The position numbers were made by a program, and so were the translations under genes. Below, one piece after another: positions 20,801 through 32,400 of a stretch of DNA of 64,000 nucleotides. The notes below the pieces were generated by a model, which did no database searches, was not told where the DNA came from, and saw nothing but the letters and a program-made list of their open reading frames with translations. Source of the stretch: Felis catus. Lineage: Eukaryota. Within the stretch, counting starts at the first letter, position 1; each line of letters opens with the position of its first letter. The DNA lies in contig NC_058368.1 of the NCBI RefSeq assembly GCF_018350175.1, positions 173,292,001 through 173,356,000 of the forward strand. Reading direction: 5' to 3'.

Positions 20801-23800
20801 ATCAGCACTAGCGGGGCTGGGGATACGGGTGGCAGGGAGCATGGAGTCAGCATGTGTGCATCTCAGTCCTGCATCTGCCTGCCACCACCATGCTCTGTCA
20901 CTCTGGGCAAATCACATCTCTCACTGCTCCATTTGGTCTGAGGTTGCTGCTACTGAAGGATGGAGGAGGGGAAAAGATACTTCCCTGGACAGCCCCAATG
21001 GGCTGCTGGGCTGAACGGAAGCTCCTGGGATCCCCGAAGTAGGGGATCTGCTTCTTGGAAGGGGGGTGGGGCGGTCTGCCAATCTGGTTCCTAGCCATGT
21101 CCCTGGGCCAGAAGCAGTGGTGCTGGGGCTCTTCTTCTTGTCTGCCTCCCCAGGCCTGAGGCAGGGCTGGGGAGGGGGTGATTGACTGCCTGGAGGAAGC
21201 TTATATTGATTTTAGAAGGGCTTTGCATAATAGAAGAAATGTCCATCAGAAAGGAATTGACACAGATAATTAGGTTTTTAATTGAAAGAATGGGGGAGGG
21301 TGTGTTCTAGAGAAAAAAATCCAACAGAGATCTTTAATTGTTAGTTATGGCCTTGTAATTAACAGGCCTCACAAGCCTGGTGTCCCCAAAGGACTTCTGT
21401 GTGCACTTGGGGAACCATGTGGAGGTGAAGCTGCAGGAGAGGAGGGGGATCCAGGGGCATGGTGTACATGGTAAAGGTTCACACATATGCGTGTTTCATG
21501 AGAGGTGAGAGAGGTATTAGGGTGTGTTAGGGATGGGGAGTTCCCGAGGGTCCTAAACTTTGGAGAAGGGGATACAGCCTGTGGCAGGGGGGCTGATCAG
21601 GGCCAATCCTGGCAAACTCAAGAGGACTCCTGGGGCAGAGAGGACTCACTGTGCACGCAGAGGTCGCTGGTACAATTTCGGGTGTCCAGGTCAGCACCCC
21701 GGCACTCCTCGCCTCCATTGCGGGGAGCTGGGTCAGAACATTCACGACTCCGCCAGTGGGTGCAGTCGAGCCCACAGGCCGACCACTTGCTCCACGGGCT
21801 CCAGCTGCCATCGACTAGATGAGAGACAGACACGAACACAGAGGAGATGGTGCAGTTAGCCTGGGCAGCCAGCCTGGGCAGTTTGCCAGTGTGGCCCTGC
21901 TGGGCATCCAGACCTAGGTGCGATGCTGTGGTAAGGAGCACACCCTCTGGTGTCCAGCTGGCCTGGATGACGCATGCTAATGACAGGAGGCACGATGATG
22001 CCGGGCCTGCTTTGCTCTATCCACACTATGGGGCCGTCCTGGCCCTGGGGCAGCAAGGGTACTTGGTCCCACGATGACCCTCTGATTCCAGGAATAGGTG
22101 GTCTGTAGCCTCAGGCGGTGCCCTGCCCCTGCCCCACACTGTCTGTACCTGTCCTGATCGTACCTCAGCCTCTGTGACTCAGCCCCTCTGCCAAGGCCTA
22201 GCCTGGACACAGACCAAGCCCTGCTTCCGATCACACTAAACCCCATCCCAGCCTTGGACTGAGCCTGGCCTTGCGTGTGGGCGGGTGGGATGGAGCCATG
22301 GGGGGCAGGCTGGTGGGCACAATGGAGCCAGGGCACGGAGATGGCGTGGTGAGGAGCGATGCGGGAGGTGGCGGCCGCTGGTACCTGGGCACAGGGTGGC
22401 GCAGGCTGTTTTCTGGACATTCTGCCCCTCACAGAAGGCACCCCCGTTGAGAGGCGCCGGGTTGGTGCAGCTCCGGCTCCGTTTCTGCCAGCCGCGCCCA
22501 CAGCTGGCGCTGCAGACGGACCACTCGGTCCACGTCGACCACCCACCGTTCACTGGCCGGACAGAGAAGGACTGGGGTCAGGGAGCGGGGGGGCTTCCTC
22601 AGACACGCTGGCCCAGGGGCCAGGGCAGGAGGGCAGAGGGGCTGTGAGCTGGAAATGGGCGGACTGTGGCTGTGCTGGTGAAGAAGCCCTGGAGGGGAGC
22701 CCATGCTTGTGCTCACCGGCCCCCAGGGCCTGGCAGTATCCTCTCCACAGCCCCTTCTCCCAGCAGGTTCTGCAAGCACTCAGGGCAGCCAGCCCTGGCC
22801 CAGTCTTTCATGCAGGCAACTCCTGCACCCGCCCCTTCTGCCTGCTCCTAGGGTGCCTGGAACATTGTACTTCCCATACCTGGGACACAGGAGCATGGGC
22901 TGTAGTCTGTCACTTTTTCTAGACTCCCATCCTGTGCCCTCATCTCCATCTGCACGATGTCCCTGGCCCACAGGTAAGCCAAGGGATGGTCCAGCCGCAG
23001 AGGACTACCACCTGTCCCACAACTCTGCCCAGGCATGCCCCTCGGCTCCCAGACAGCCACAGCAAGCCCTCTCCCTGTCCTTCCCAGTGAGGCCATGGCC
23101 TGGTCCACTGGGCCCTGGCTCCATGGGGAGCCACCAACATGTCGTCACCCCATATCCCTATGCCCGGGAGCCCCTCTGCCCCACCAGCGCTGGGGCCCAC
23201 CGTAGACGATGACAGCAGCCGAGGCGCTGCGGCGACGCGCTACGATGTTCTTGGCCACGCAGGTGTAGTTGGCCGTGTCGGCCAGGCGGGCCTGTCGCAC
23301 CACCAGGCTGTGCTCCCTTGTGATGTACACATTGGGGTCCAGGGACGGGTCCACCAGGTCCTCGTTCCGGAGCCACTCCACCTGGGGGAGGGAGCCACGC
23401 CACTGCACTGCCCGCCCATGCTGGCCCTACCTGGAGCGAGAGCAACCCCTGGGGGCGTCAGGGCAGGCAGGAGCTGAGACCTGGGAGCCCTACCCACCTG
23501 CGGAGCGGGCACCAGAGCCCCTCTCACCTCAGCCGGGGGGATGCCCTCTGGTGGGCGGCAGGGTAGCACGATGCCCTGCTCCAGGGACACCTCCTTGGCC
23601 AGCGGCTCCTGCTCGAAGTTCTTGCGCAAATCTGGGAGAAGAACAAGAGTGTCCTCCAGCCTGAGTGCCTCATGACAGCTTCACCTGGCTGGCCCTGTAC
23701 CCTGGTCCCGCAGGGGCTGTGGCACGTGGCAGGAGAAAGTGCCAAGTGACCAGGGGGAACATGGGGGTGGCTGGGCCGTGTGCAGAGGCAATTTCTCCAC

Positions 23801-24417
23801 CCATCAAGGCAGGCCCTGAGGTTTTTCTGACCAGACTCTTCCCCCTAGTGATACCCTCTGGCCACCCCTGACCAAGGGCTAGGCTCTGGACTCACAGGCA
23901 ATGCGGATGTAGGCCTTCTGACTCTTGGTGGTGCCCGAGGAGCTCCACGCCACACACTGGCACCAGTACTCCTCCAGCCCAAACACCTTTTCCACCTGCT
24001 GCCTCGAGACATTGATGCGGACCTCCATGGCGGGCAGCCCTGGGGGGCAGGAGAGGTGGGTAGCCAGGGTCCTAGTCATGCCAAGCCTCACACGGTTCTT
24101 GCTGTCCAGATGTGTGGGGTCCCTACACCACCATGGCCACTCTGCTCAGAAAGAGCAGCCTGGAGGGAACTCTGGGGGAGCCCCAGGGGGTACTCTATTT
24201 ATATCTCCTGAAAGCCAGGAGCCAGTCCTTAGCTCCTCCATTCATTATACTTTTTTACCCCAGGCCTGTCTCCCTGGAGTCACAGAAATGTCTCTAAATG
24301 GGCTTCCTGTTGTTTCAGAGACAACAGCACAGAGGAGCTTTGGGCTACAGGGGCTGGCCTTCAAGGACCCAAGGCAGAAAGGGTGAGGTAGATAGGAGAG
24401 CCCTGGGGCTTTTGTGT

Positions 24418-24448
<31 letters not shown>

Positions 24449-27400
24449 GTGAAGGATCTGGTTTACCTCCCTGGGGTTAGCAGGTAGATCCTGACATGTG
24501 ATAATATAGTAATAGCTATTAACAATATAATTACAGCGATTATGTAGTATGATAATAGACCCCTGGGGCTTAGCCAGGGTTTCCCACATGCTAGCTTATT
24601 TTCTTCAATCTACTCCCTTGGTCGGCATTGCTCCCACTCTATGGATAAGGAAACAGAGGCTTAGAGAGGCAGTGACTTGCCCATCTCAAGAGAGAAACGC
24701 TGGTGAGGGTGAGGGGGCAGTCTGCAAAGGTGAAGCTGGCTAGTGATGAGTATCTGGGACCCTCTCTGCCCCAACTGGGCTGGGCTGAAGAGACCCCTCT
24801 CAAAGACAGACTCAGCCCCCCTGTCCTCTGCCACACCTGGGCGCCCCGGGGGGGGGGGCCCAGATCCTCTGAGGACCCAGAAGGGATGGAATGCCTGCCG
24901 TCCTTTGGGCCCCTGGCCCTTGGCCAAAACCAGTGTCCCCAGGAGTGAAAAAAGACTGTTTCCAATTTCTCCTCCTCCTGACCCCAATTTCCCTCGGGTC
25001 ATTGGCTTATCAGAAAGAGGGAGAGAGGCCGGGCAACCAACGTGTTTCCATTGTTAACAGAGAAATTCAATTAGGGCTGCATTGCAGGGAGAGCAGCAGC
25101 CCAGCTGAGCAGACAGGCCGGGAGGCTGTTTTCCCCCTTAATTTCTCTAACATGTCTTTCTCTGACCTCTGCCCACACCCCTCCTCATGAGTCTCTCCAG
25201 CTCCCACACTGGGCCCCCAGATTTTTCTCACTTGCCCCTGCCCCTAGCAAGTTCTCACAGGAGACCTCTGGCCAAGGTCATCATGGCTGAGCTCCCTCTG
25301 TTCTGGGCACTGCCTGGCACCCCTTCTCTCTAAGGCGAAGGATGTGTGCATTCTCTGGGGGTAGGGTGAGGCTGAGAACTGGGGGTCCCTCATAGGGTGT
25401 GTGTATAGTAGAAGGACCCTGGGCTCCAGCTACCTGTCAAGCACACTGGAGTCTTGGGGCATCTGAGAAGGAGCTGTGCATACACTTGGGGGTGGAGACA
25501 GGGCCCTCCTGCTCTAAGCTTCGGGGGTTAATGGTGAGAGACTTCCAGAACATTCTGAACTGGGTACATTTCCTGAGTGGACAGGTCTATGGATGGATGG
25601 ACTGTTCCATCCCCCATGGTGGTGGTGGGAGCTCAGGAAACTCAGTCTCGGGAGAACGGCACTAAATTTAAGCACTCCTATTTCTTTCTCCCCATCTCCT
25701 CCCCTCTCTGTCCTGCCACTGCCACCCCCTCATCTCCTTCCTGCTGCCATGAAGGAGGGCCAAGTTTGTCCACGATGTCCCAGATCCAGGCAGTGGCCTC
25801 AAGCACCACATGCTCCAGGAAGCTGGTGGACCTAGGGGGAGATCCAGACCCAGACCCTGTCCTGCTGGTCCTGGATGTGAAGACAGTGCCTTCCTCCCTG
25901 CAGGTCACCAAGCAGATGCCAGGAGAGAAAGGATGCATGGTCCCTGCTGGCCCCAGAGTGTGTGGGGTGTGAGTGGGTGTGTGAATGCTGTGGGCACATG
26001 GGGAGGCCCCAGTGTGGGTGTGCTGAGTATTTTTGGGAGGTGGAGGGTTAGCGGGGTGGGGTTGGGGCTCTGAGGCCAAGTTTGGGCTTAGGTTCTCATG
26101 TTCTCGCCAATCTGCTTCTAATAACCAGCTTGTTTAACGCACAATGCTTGGCTTCACAGATCTGGGGCTTTTATAGCGTCAGCAGGTTTGGGTTTGAGCG
26201 TTTTCAGGCTTGGTCTCTCCTCCTGGCTTTCTGGATGGGAACTGGGGACAAGTCAGGGGAAGACAGGGGTGCTGTCTCCTGAGGTGTCCACCCAGCTACC
26301 CACACAGGAATGGTGGGGCTAAGGATCTGTGCTGACCTATGACTCTACCATACCTGCCTGACCACAGAACATTCCTGGGGCAGGGTCTTTGGTCTCCGTG
26401 TCTGCATGACACCATTGCCCACTGCAGTGACATCTGTTTGTGAGCTTATCTCTTCTCAAAGCACTCAATCACTCTGGGTTGAAAAATCAACAAGATCAAT
26501 ACAAATTTGGATATGCTGGCCATGGGAGGCTTGAGTATGGATGCTCAGGGCAGGAGAGGGCCCCAGTGATTATGGGCAAATACGTCCCCATGAGCTCTGC
26601 TCTCTGCCTGGTTTGAAGGGAGCAAGACCAGAGCAGACTCTTGGGGACTCTGGGGTGGAGGCTCTTGGCATGTGTGACCCAGCCTATGACTGCTATGCAG
26701 GCATTAACCTGGGTCTCAGCCAAGCCATGGATTCCAGAATTCCTGATGGTAGGAGACAAGGAGGGGTGTGTGGGGACACCTGGAAGGAGAGGCTGGGAGC
26801 AGCAGGAGGCTGGCCTAGAGCCTTCTAAGGAGTTCTAGACAGGCCCTGAATGATGCAGGAAGGCAGGTCTCCGACTGTAGCTTCCTCCTCCTCCTCACCT
26901 GTCCTTTCCCTGGGGGATCTGCCACAGCAGTGGGAGGACTCAAAATGGTGCTGGGCCCTGGGTGTGGAGTAGGGAGAGAGGAAAGGCCTGGAGCCGGGCT
27001 CATACAGGGTGCATGAGATCTCATGGCTTCCCCCACCAACCTACCAGCCCCCCGACCCCATTTTACAGATGAGGAAACTGAGGCCCAGTGAGGGGAGGCA
27101 GACACTGCCACCAGGTCCTAAAGCTGCAGGGCCAGGGAGGTTTCTGGTACCTCTGCTGGGGTCTGAAGGTGGGGGATCATCTTGGGGGCTAACCTAGGCC
27201 TGGCACAGTGCAGGTCCTCAGTTAACCTCTGAGGACTGCAAGAAAAACAGCTGCAGGCAGAAGCTGTGTGGAGGCCAGGGCACTGCAGAGCTCAAGGGCC
27301 TGGGCTAGGAATCATTGACTGGGGAGCTGATGCTTGGTGGGAAGGAGACCAGCCCCTGCTAAGTCTTGTAGGGGAAAGTCGGGTGTGGCTTCTAGGGACC

Positions 27401-29424
27401 AGAATGCTTGCTTGGAGCCCTTTTGGGGCCCTGGATGAGTCAGAGCCATCTGTAACATGACAGGTTGGTTCTGAGGACTAAATCACCCTCTGCCCAAACT
27501 CAGGGCTCATTTGCTCACATCCCCATTATTGTGAGAGCTTCCAAGTTCTCCTAGGCAGGGCCCCTTCCTTTAGTCTCCCTCTTCCCAGCACCAACTTTCC
27601 ACAGAGTTCTAGTGCAGTCACAACCCTATGTTCTGCTGCCTGCCCCCCAGGCCCACTCTTTCTGCCCATACCGGGGTCTCCGCAGGCCAGCTACCATTCC
27701 TGCATTTGCACCTTCTGGTCCTTTGGCCTCGGAAATGCTTGTTCCAGGAGGTTTTAAGATTCATGCTTAGAAAGTATCTTCTGGAATCTTCTCTGGAATA
27801 CCCAGACCCTCCTGCCTGGTGGCATGGGCCACCCCTCTAGGTCTGGGGTCTCTTGCCTGCCTTGACATCTGTGTGAGTTGTCCTGGGCATGGCCTGCCTG
27901 TCTTCATCTGCACTGCTGCTCTGGCCTCACTCTGGTGGCTGTACCCCCACAGGATGCGTGCTATGTCTCGGGACTCAACCTGAGGGGCTCCTCATGTGTG
28001 GGGGCTTCACAAAGTGCCAAGGTGAAGGAAGAGGAAATGGACTTATTTGGGGTCCAAACAGTGAGGAGGAGGAGAGGCTATAGTCAGCTCCACTAGGCCT
28101 GCTCTTGGAGAGTGCTGGACCCCAAACAAAGGCTCTCTGCCCAATCCCCACTGGCTGCCTGCTGCCTAAGGCAGGGAATGGGGTGTCCCACAGAAAGGGC
28201 ACTTCTTGAGTCTGCCCTCTGTCTCTGGAACCCCTCCCTCCATGTCTCAGCTCAGTCTCACTGGTTCCCTCTCCTTAGCGTCTCTGTGTCTGCCCCTTCC
28301 ATCAGCACCCCCACCCCCATGGGCCCCAAGTGTCACTCATAGCTCTGGCCACCTCACTTGGCATTCTGAAATCCCACAGGACTGTGACCTCACTCCAGAG
28401 CCCGAGATGTGAGTCTCCCAGATGGTACCACTGTTACCTATGCACACCTCATACCCTCCCTCCTGACCCTGACCAGTATGCCCACCTCTCTGACCCAAAG
28501 CCTTTGCTCCTGCTGAGCCCCTTTCCTAGAATGCTGTTCCCCTGTTCTTTCCCTGACCAGCTCTCATAACCCTTTTGTTTCCATGTCACCTCCCCTGAGA
28601 AGCCTCAGTCATGCTTTCCTCTTGCTGCCATAGCCCCCAGAACTCACTGAGAGGTCCCCATGCTGCCCACCTCTCTGCAGGGGCCGGGGCTCTCTGTGGG
28701 TGGTGGCTGTGTCCCCAGCATGAAAGTGGGGGCTCAGGGAATGTGTGAAGAATGAATGGGGACACAGAGATCAGAGTGTCACGTCCTCATTATCTGGGAC
28801 CTACTCCCTCCAAACTCTCTTTGCTGGCACTTCTCGCCAGGCTGCCCGTGGCCCAGACCAGGCTCAGATGCAGTGGTGGGCATCTGCCTCTCAAATCATA
28901 GCCTCCTGGGGCATTTGTAGGGGGTTCCCTTTTACTCACTAACCCACTTCCCAGGTGGTGAGTTCTGGTGAGGGTGGGGTCTCCTGGAGAAGGCCTCGGT
29001 GTATATATAGGGGGTGTGAGGTATGGGAATCCTGCCTCTTCTGGGGGCTTGGGGTGGTGGCCAGAGTTGGTTATATCCTGTCCTGCTCACAGGTGTGCAG
29101 CCAGGGGTAACTGCAAGCCCCATTCTGGGCCTCCATTTTTTCCGAGGCTGAGACTCGCTTCCCCGTTAACTGGCCCTGCCTGGCCCCCCAGCCTGGCCTC
29201 ACCGCTGCTGTCGTCCGTGCTGCGCTCTATCACATGGTCCACCTGGCGTACCCACTCCCCGTTGCACTTGAAGAAGATCTGCGTGGCAGGCATGGCCTTG
29301 CACACCAGCAGCACCGGCTTGTTCTTGACGATGTATACATCCTCGGGCTCCACCAGGAAGTGAGGAAGCAGGTCTGGGTTGGCGCCGGGTACTGGGTTGG
29401 CCACCGTGGCACTCTGTTGGGCAC
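14648..29424 (-). CDS. UNC5A: Netrin receptor UNC5A, spliced CDS lacking exon 1 (15 exons in window, 2627 nt)
   Basis: complement(join(14648..14813,15060..15238,15914..16078,16151..16300,16407..16640,16796..16964,17215..17302,20105..20407,20509..20697,21650..21814,22385..22552,23201..23381,23528..23631,23896..24039,29203..29424)). Ig-Ig-TSP1-TSP1-TM-ZU5-UPA-death domain order, C-terminus EAEC*. A 70-nt coding exon 1 outside the window would give 898 aa. Confidence 0.98.
15060..15238 (-). CDS. UNC5A: UNC5A exon 15 (179 nt, death domain start)
   Basis: [35 protein letters not shown]...[15 protein letters not shown]|gtgggt. Confidence 0.97.
15914..16078 (-). CDS. UNC5A: UNC5A exon 14 (165 nt, UPA)
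   Basis: cctcag|[26 protein letters not shown]...[19 protein letters not shown]|gtgggc. Confidence 0.96.
16151..16300 (-). CDS. UNC5A: UNC5A exon 13 (150 nt, UPA)
   Basis: [50 protein letters not shown]|gtgagg. Confidence 0.97.
16407..16640 (-). CDS. UNC5A: UNC5A exon 12 (234 nt, UPA)
   Basis: [19 protein letters not shown]...[11 protein letters not shown]|gtaccg. Confidence 0.97.
16796..16964 (-). CDS. UNC5A: UNC5A exon 11 (169 nt; GAG acceptor)
   Basis: cttgag|[34 protein letters not shown]...[10 protein letters not shown]|gtgagc. Confidence 0.92.
17215..17302 (-). CDS. UNC5A: UNC5A exon 10 (88 nt, ZU5)
   Basis: tcacag|[31 protein letters not shown]|gtgtgg; missed by the ORF track. Confidence 0.95.
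18990..19580 (-). mobile_element. L2 fragment (boundaries approximate)
   Basis: Purine-rich antisense L2 text: GACCTCCAGTTTCTGGCTTGAGC...TGAGACATCCAGATGGAG...AGGCAGCTGG. Confidence 0.65.
20105..20407 (-). CDS. UNC5A: UNC5A exon 9 (303 nt, start of ZU5)
   Basis: [12 protein letters not shown]...[17 protein letters not shown]|gtggga. Confidence 0.97.
20509..20697 (-). CDS. UNC5A: UNC5A exon 8 (189 nt, transmembrane helix and DVAD motif)
   Basis: [64 protein letters not shown]|gtgggg. Confidence 0.97.
21650..21814 (-). CDS. UNC5A: UNC5A exon 7 (165 nt, TSP1-2)
   Basis: [35 protein letters not shown]...SDLCVH A|gtgagt. Confidence 0.97.
22385..22552 (-). CDS. UNC5A: UNC5A exon 6 (168 nt, TSP1-1; symmetric phase-1 cassette)
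   Basis: [57 protein letters not shown]|gtacca. Confidence 0.95.
23201..23381 (-). CDS. UNC5A: UNC5A exon 5 (181 nt, Ig2)
   Basis: [19 protein letters not shown]...[25 protein letters not shown]|gtgggc. Confidence 0.97.
23528..23631 (-). CDS. UNC5A: UNC5A exon 4 (104 nt)
   Basis: [35 protein letters not shown]|gtgaga. Confidence 0.97.
23896..24039 (-). CDS. UNC5A: UNC5A exon 3 (144 nt)
   Basis: [48 protein letters not shown]|gtgagt. Confidence 0.97.
24422..24447. repeat. A26 homopolymer
   Basis: Read directly. Confidence 0.9.
29203..29424 (-). CDS. UNC5A: UNC5A exon 2 (222 nt, Ig1)
   Basis: ctgcag|[37 protein letters not shown]...STDDSS G|gtgagg. Confidence 0.97.
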
Positions 29425-32400
29425 CTGCAGCAGGGGCAAAGAGGGAAGGTGAGCCGGGACCAGCCTTTCAGGGCCCTTGGTGGCTACGTGCCCGTATAAG
29501 TGCTGAGGCTGGGCCATGGGAAGGCAGCGGGTGTGGCTGATGGGAGGAGAGTGAGGCCAGGCTGCCACTTCCAGCCCAGCAATCTAGGCTACCGAATGCT
29601 CCCCTGAGCCTCAGCGTCCCCTCTGTAAAATGGGGGGAATCCCACCCACTTCTGAAGACTATAGAGAGATGAAATGAGACAAGGGCAGAAGTCCCAGCCC
29701 TTAGGATGCCCTCCACACAGAGCAGCAGTTAGGGCTCATTATTACTCTGGTAGAAGTTCAGGGATCTGGTGAGGCAGCCCACCACCCTCGGAGGTCCAGA
29801 GAAAGCCAGAGGGACGGAGAGGACCCTGGCAGAGCAGGTGGGCAGCCCAGGGTGGGGGAGGGCAGGGTCCCTTCCTCTCTTGCCCCGGCTGCCTCCAGGG
29901 CCACTTCTGGGCTCATCTCCATTCTGGTAAGTAGGAGGCGCTCAGAAAATAGCATGTGAATGAAGGAGGGGAGGGGGCAGCTATGAGGGGAGACAGGGCG
30001 GAGGGGGCTGGTGCTGGTGCTGGTGGCAGTGCGACAGGAGAGGCCCCAGGGTCGGGGGAGAACCTGGACTGCTGGCTGGGCCCAGGCAGGGTGGGAGCCA
30101 GGAGAGTGTGTCTGGGAGCCTGAGGGACCTAGGCCATGTCCCACCCCTTCAAGGAGACCTGAATCTGGGCTTCCTTCTAATTTTAACTGAAAACCACAAC
30201 CATCCCACAAGTCATTTGTTGCTAATTACACAGGTAATTGGCTCTGAGGCTTTGGTGGAGGTAACCTCCCCACCCCTCCCCCCGCCCTCCGCCAGGCAGT
30301 CTGACGGTCTGTTGGGCCAGCAGGACCCTGGGAGGGTGGAGAAGGGTGAATTGGGAGGCAGTGGGAGGATGGAGTGGGCGTGCCCTCCACCTCCAGCTAG
30401 GTGCCCGCCAAATAGGCCCTCAACAGCCTGGTTTCCCTCAGGGCTACTATGATTTCCCCCCACAAGCCACCCTGACAACCAACAGTGGCCTCTGGCCATA
30501 AAGAGGGAAGAACATGGGCTTCAGAGACCAGCTCTGCTCCTTGCTAGAGGTGACCTTGGGTGAGATAGCCGTTTTGTCATCTGTGACACTGAGGTCCTGT
30601 CTGCCCCTCGGGAGAGTCTGGAAGGGCCTCATGTGGTCTACCTCTTGGGTTCTCTACTGTCTAGTCTACCCTTTTGGAGAGCACTCCAAAACTCACAAAG
30701 GGCTTCTAACACAAGGCCTGGCTCCTTGGGCCTTGATCCTTCTCTGCCCAGAGGGCATCCAGTGCCCTTTCTCTGCTGTTTAGCACAAGGTCCCTCTCCT
30801 TCCAAGGTGGGAGTCTGCCCTCCACCCCAAGATTGATTTTGGGGAGGGGATCCGCGCCTGGTCCTGTAGGTGTCCTGGGCCAGCTCAGGTGAGCTGGGAA
30901 CGGGAATGCCCGTTGAGAGGCTGAAGCCTGGTGTGACTTCTTCAGGCATGCCAGCCCACTCTCAGCCTGTCTCCCTGCCTGCCAGATGGGTCACGCCATT
31001 CCTAGGCTGTTGTGAGAATGAAATGAGAAAAGGCACTCATAGCAATGTCTTCGTGGTTGAAGGCTGATGAGGAAACTGAGGCACAGAGCCTCAGATGCCT
31101 TGCCCTGAGGATGGGGGCGGGGAGTCATGCCCTTGTGTGGGAGGGACACAGGGAGGTGGAGGGCATTGCTGGCTCAGCAAGACAGCATCTGCCGCAGGGC
31201 CATCATCTGCCACCTCCCCCTCAAGACCATGGCCTCTCCTCAGCTTATCTCTTCCTGTTGTGAACTCTTTTTGGAAGCCACCCTTGCACTTCCCTGTACA
31301 AGCTCCAAGACGAAGGCCGACCTGCCTCGGAACCACACTTGCAGCGAGGAAAACAAAGCTCACCTTTCCCCATCCTGCCCCATCCTGCAACACCTCCTCG
31401 GGGCTCTGCCGGTGCCCTCTGGGGGTCTATTTGAGGTTGAGGAACGTGGAGGGGTGGAGGGGAGGAGCCATCTAGACATCTTACAGATGGGGAATCTGGG
31501 GTCCCAGGGGAAAGTCACTCACTTCAGACCCCCAGGCTCGGGCCCTGGATTCACAAAATGTCCGGTGGCCACCTCATGACTCTTCTGTTGTTACACTTGC
31601 TCTTCACTGTTACCCAGCCAAGGGCAGGACTGAGTCAGGCTCAGGCTTCCTAAGATTAGGACTCTGAAGGAGAGCATGGGCTCCTGAGTATGGGCCTGAA
31701 TGGGGAGCTAGTAGGCCCAGTGACGTCTCTAGACACAGTATCTCCACACACCCAGGGCTGCACAGAGGATGGCCAAGCTTGACCTCTGAGTGGGGCCCAC
31801 AGGGGGCTGGTCCAGCAGGGAATGGGAGCCCCCAGTGGCAGGCTCAGGGCTTCCCTGTGCATCACCTCCCAGCGGCTCAAAGCAATGGTCTGCAATGGCC
31901 CGTGCCTGCCTACTGGCTCGGGGCTGGGTGGGCAGGGGTCCCGGCCAGGGATATGGGCAGTGAGTGTCCCTCAAGCCTCCCTATTGATCGCGGCACCAAG
32001 CACTGCTCACGTCAGCTGCCCGCTGAACCCAGCACAATCCCTCATGTCTGCATTTAACTGCTAATGAAAAATAAATGTACTGTGACCAATAAGGGACATA
32101 GCTCACTTCTCCAGGGCCTCCGTCACGCCACGCTGGTGCGGCCTCCCCTCCTCACCCTGAGGGGAGGCATTTACTAGGTGGACCCAGGGGGCACCCTCCA
32201 GGCTGCAGCTATGCCCTCTATCAAGGACACTCTTAAGGCCATAGGTAGGGGTAAATTCAGGCCCCATTGGATGTCCTCTTGGAGCTACTAGATGTTTCCT
32301 AGGTGGCCAGAGCTGGCCTCCCCTCCTCTGGCCCTGAAGCTCACCATGTGCCCTCCACCCTGTGGTGGATCACAGCACCATGTGCCCTCCACCCTGTGAT

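Noticed and set aside
20792..20816. Possible 25-nt microexon on - strand (CCCCAG|...GGA|GTGAGC) before the UNC5A TM exon
   Set aside because: Not a multiple of 3 with either nearby acceptor (25 or 16 nt), modest pyrimidine tract and no supporting motif cluster; weaker than the 21373-21430 candidate
14670..23664. Plus-strand ORFs overlapping UNC5A exons (e.g. 14670..15242, 22359..22922, 23269..23664)
   Set aside because: Antisense shadows of GC-rich coding exons; no independent evidence
24422..24447. A26 run as a retro-insertion tail
   Set aside because: No element body or TSD seen; treated as a simple homopolymer
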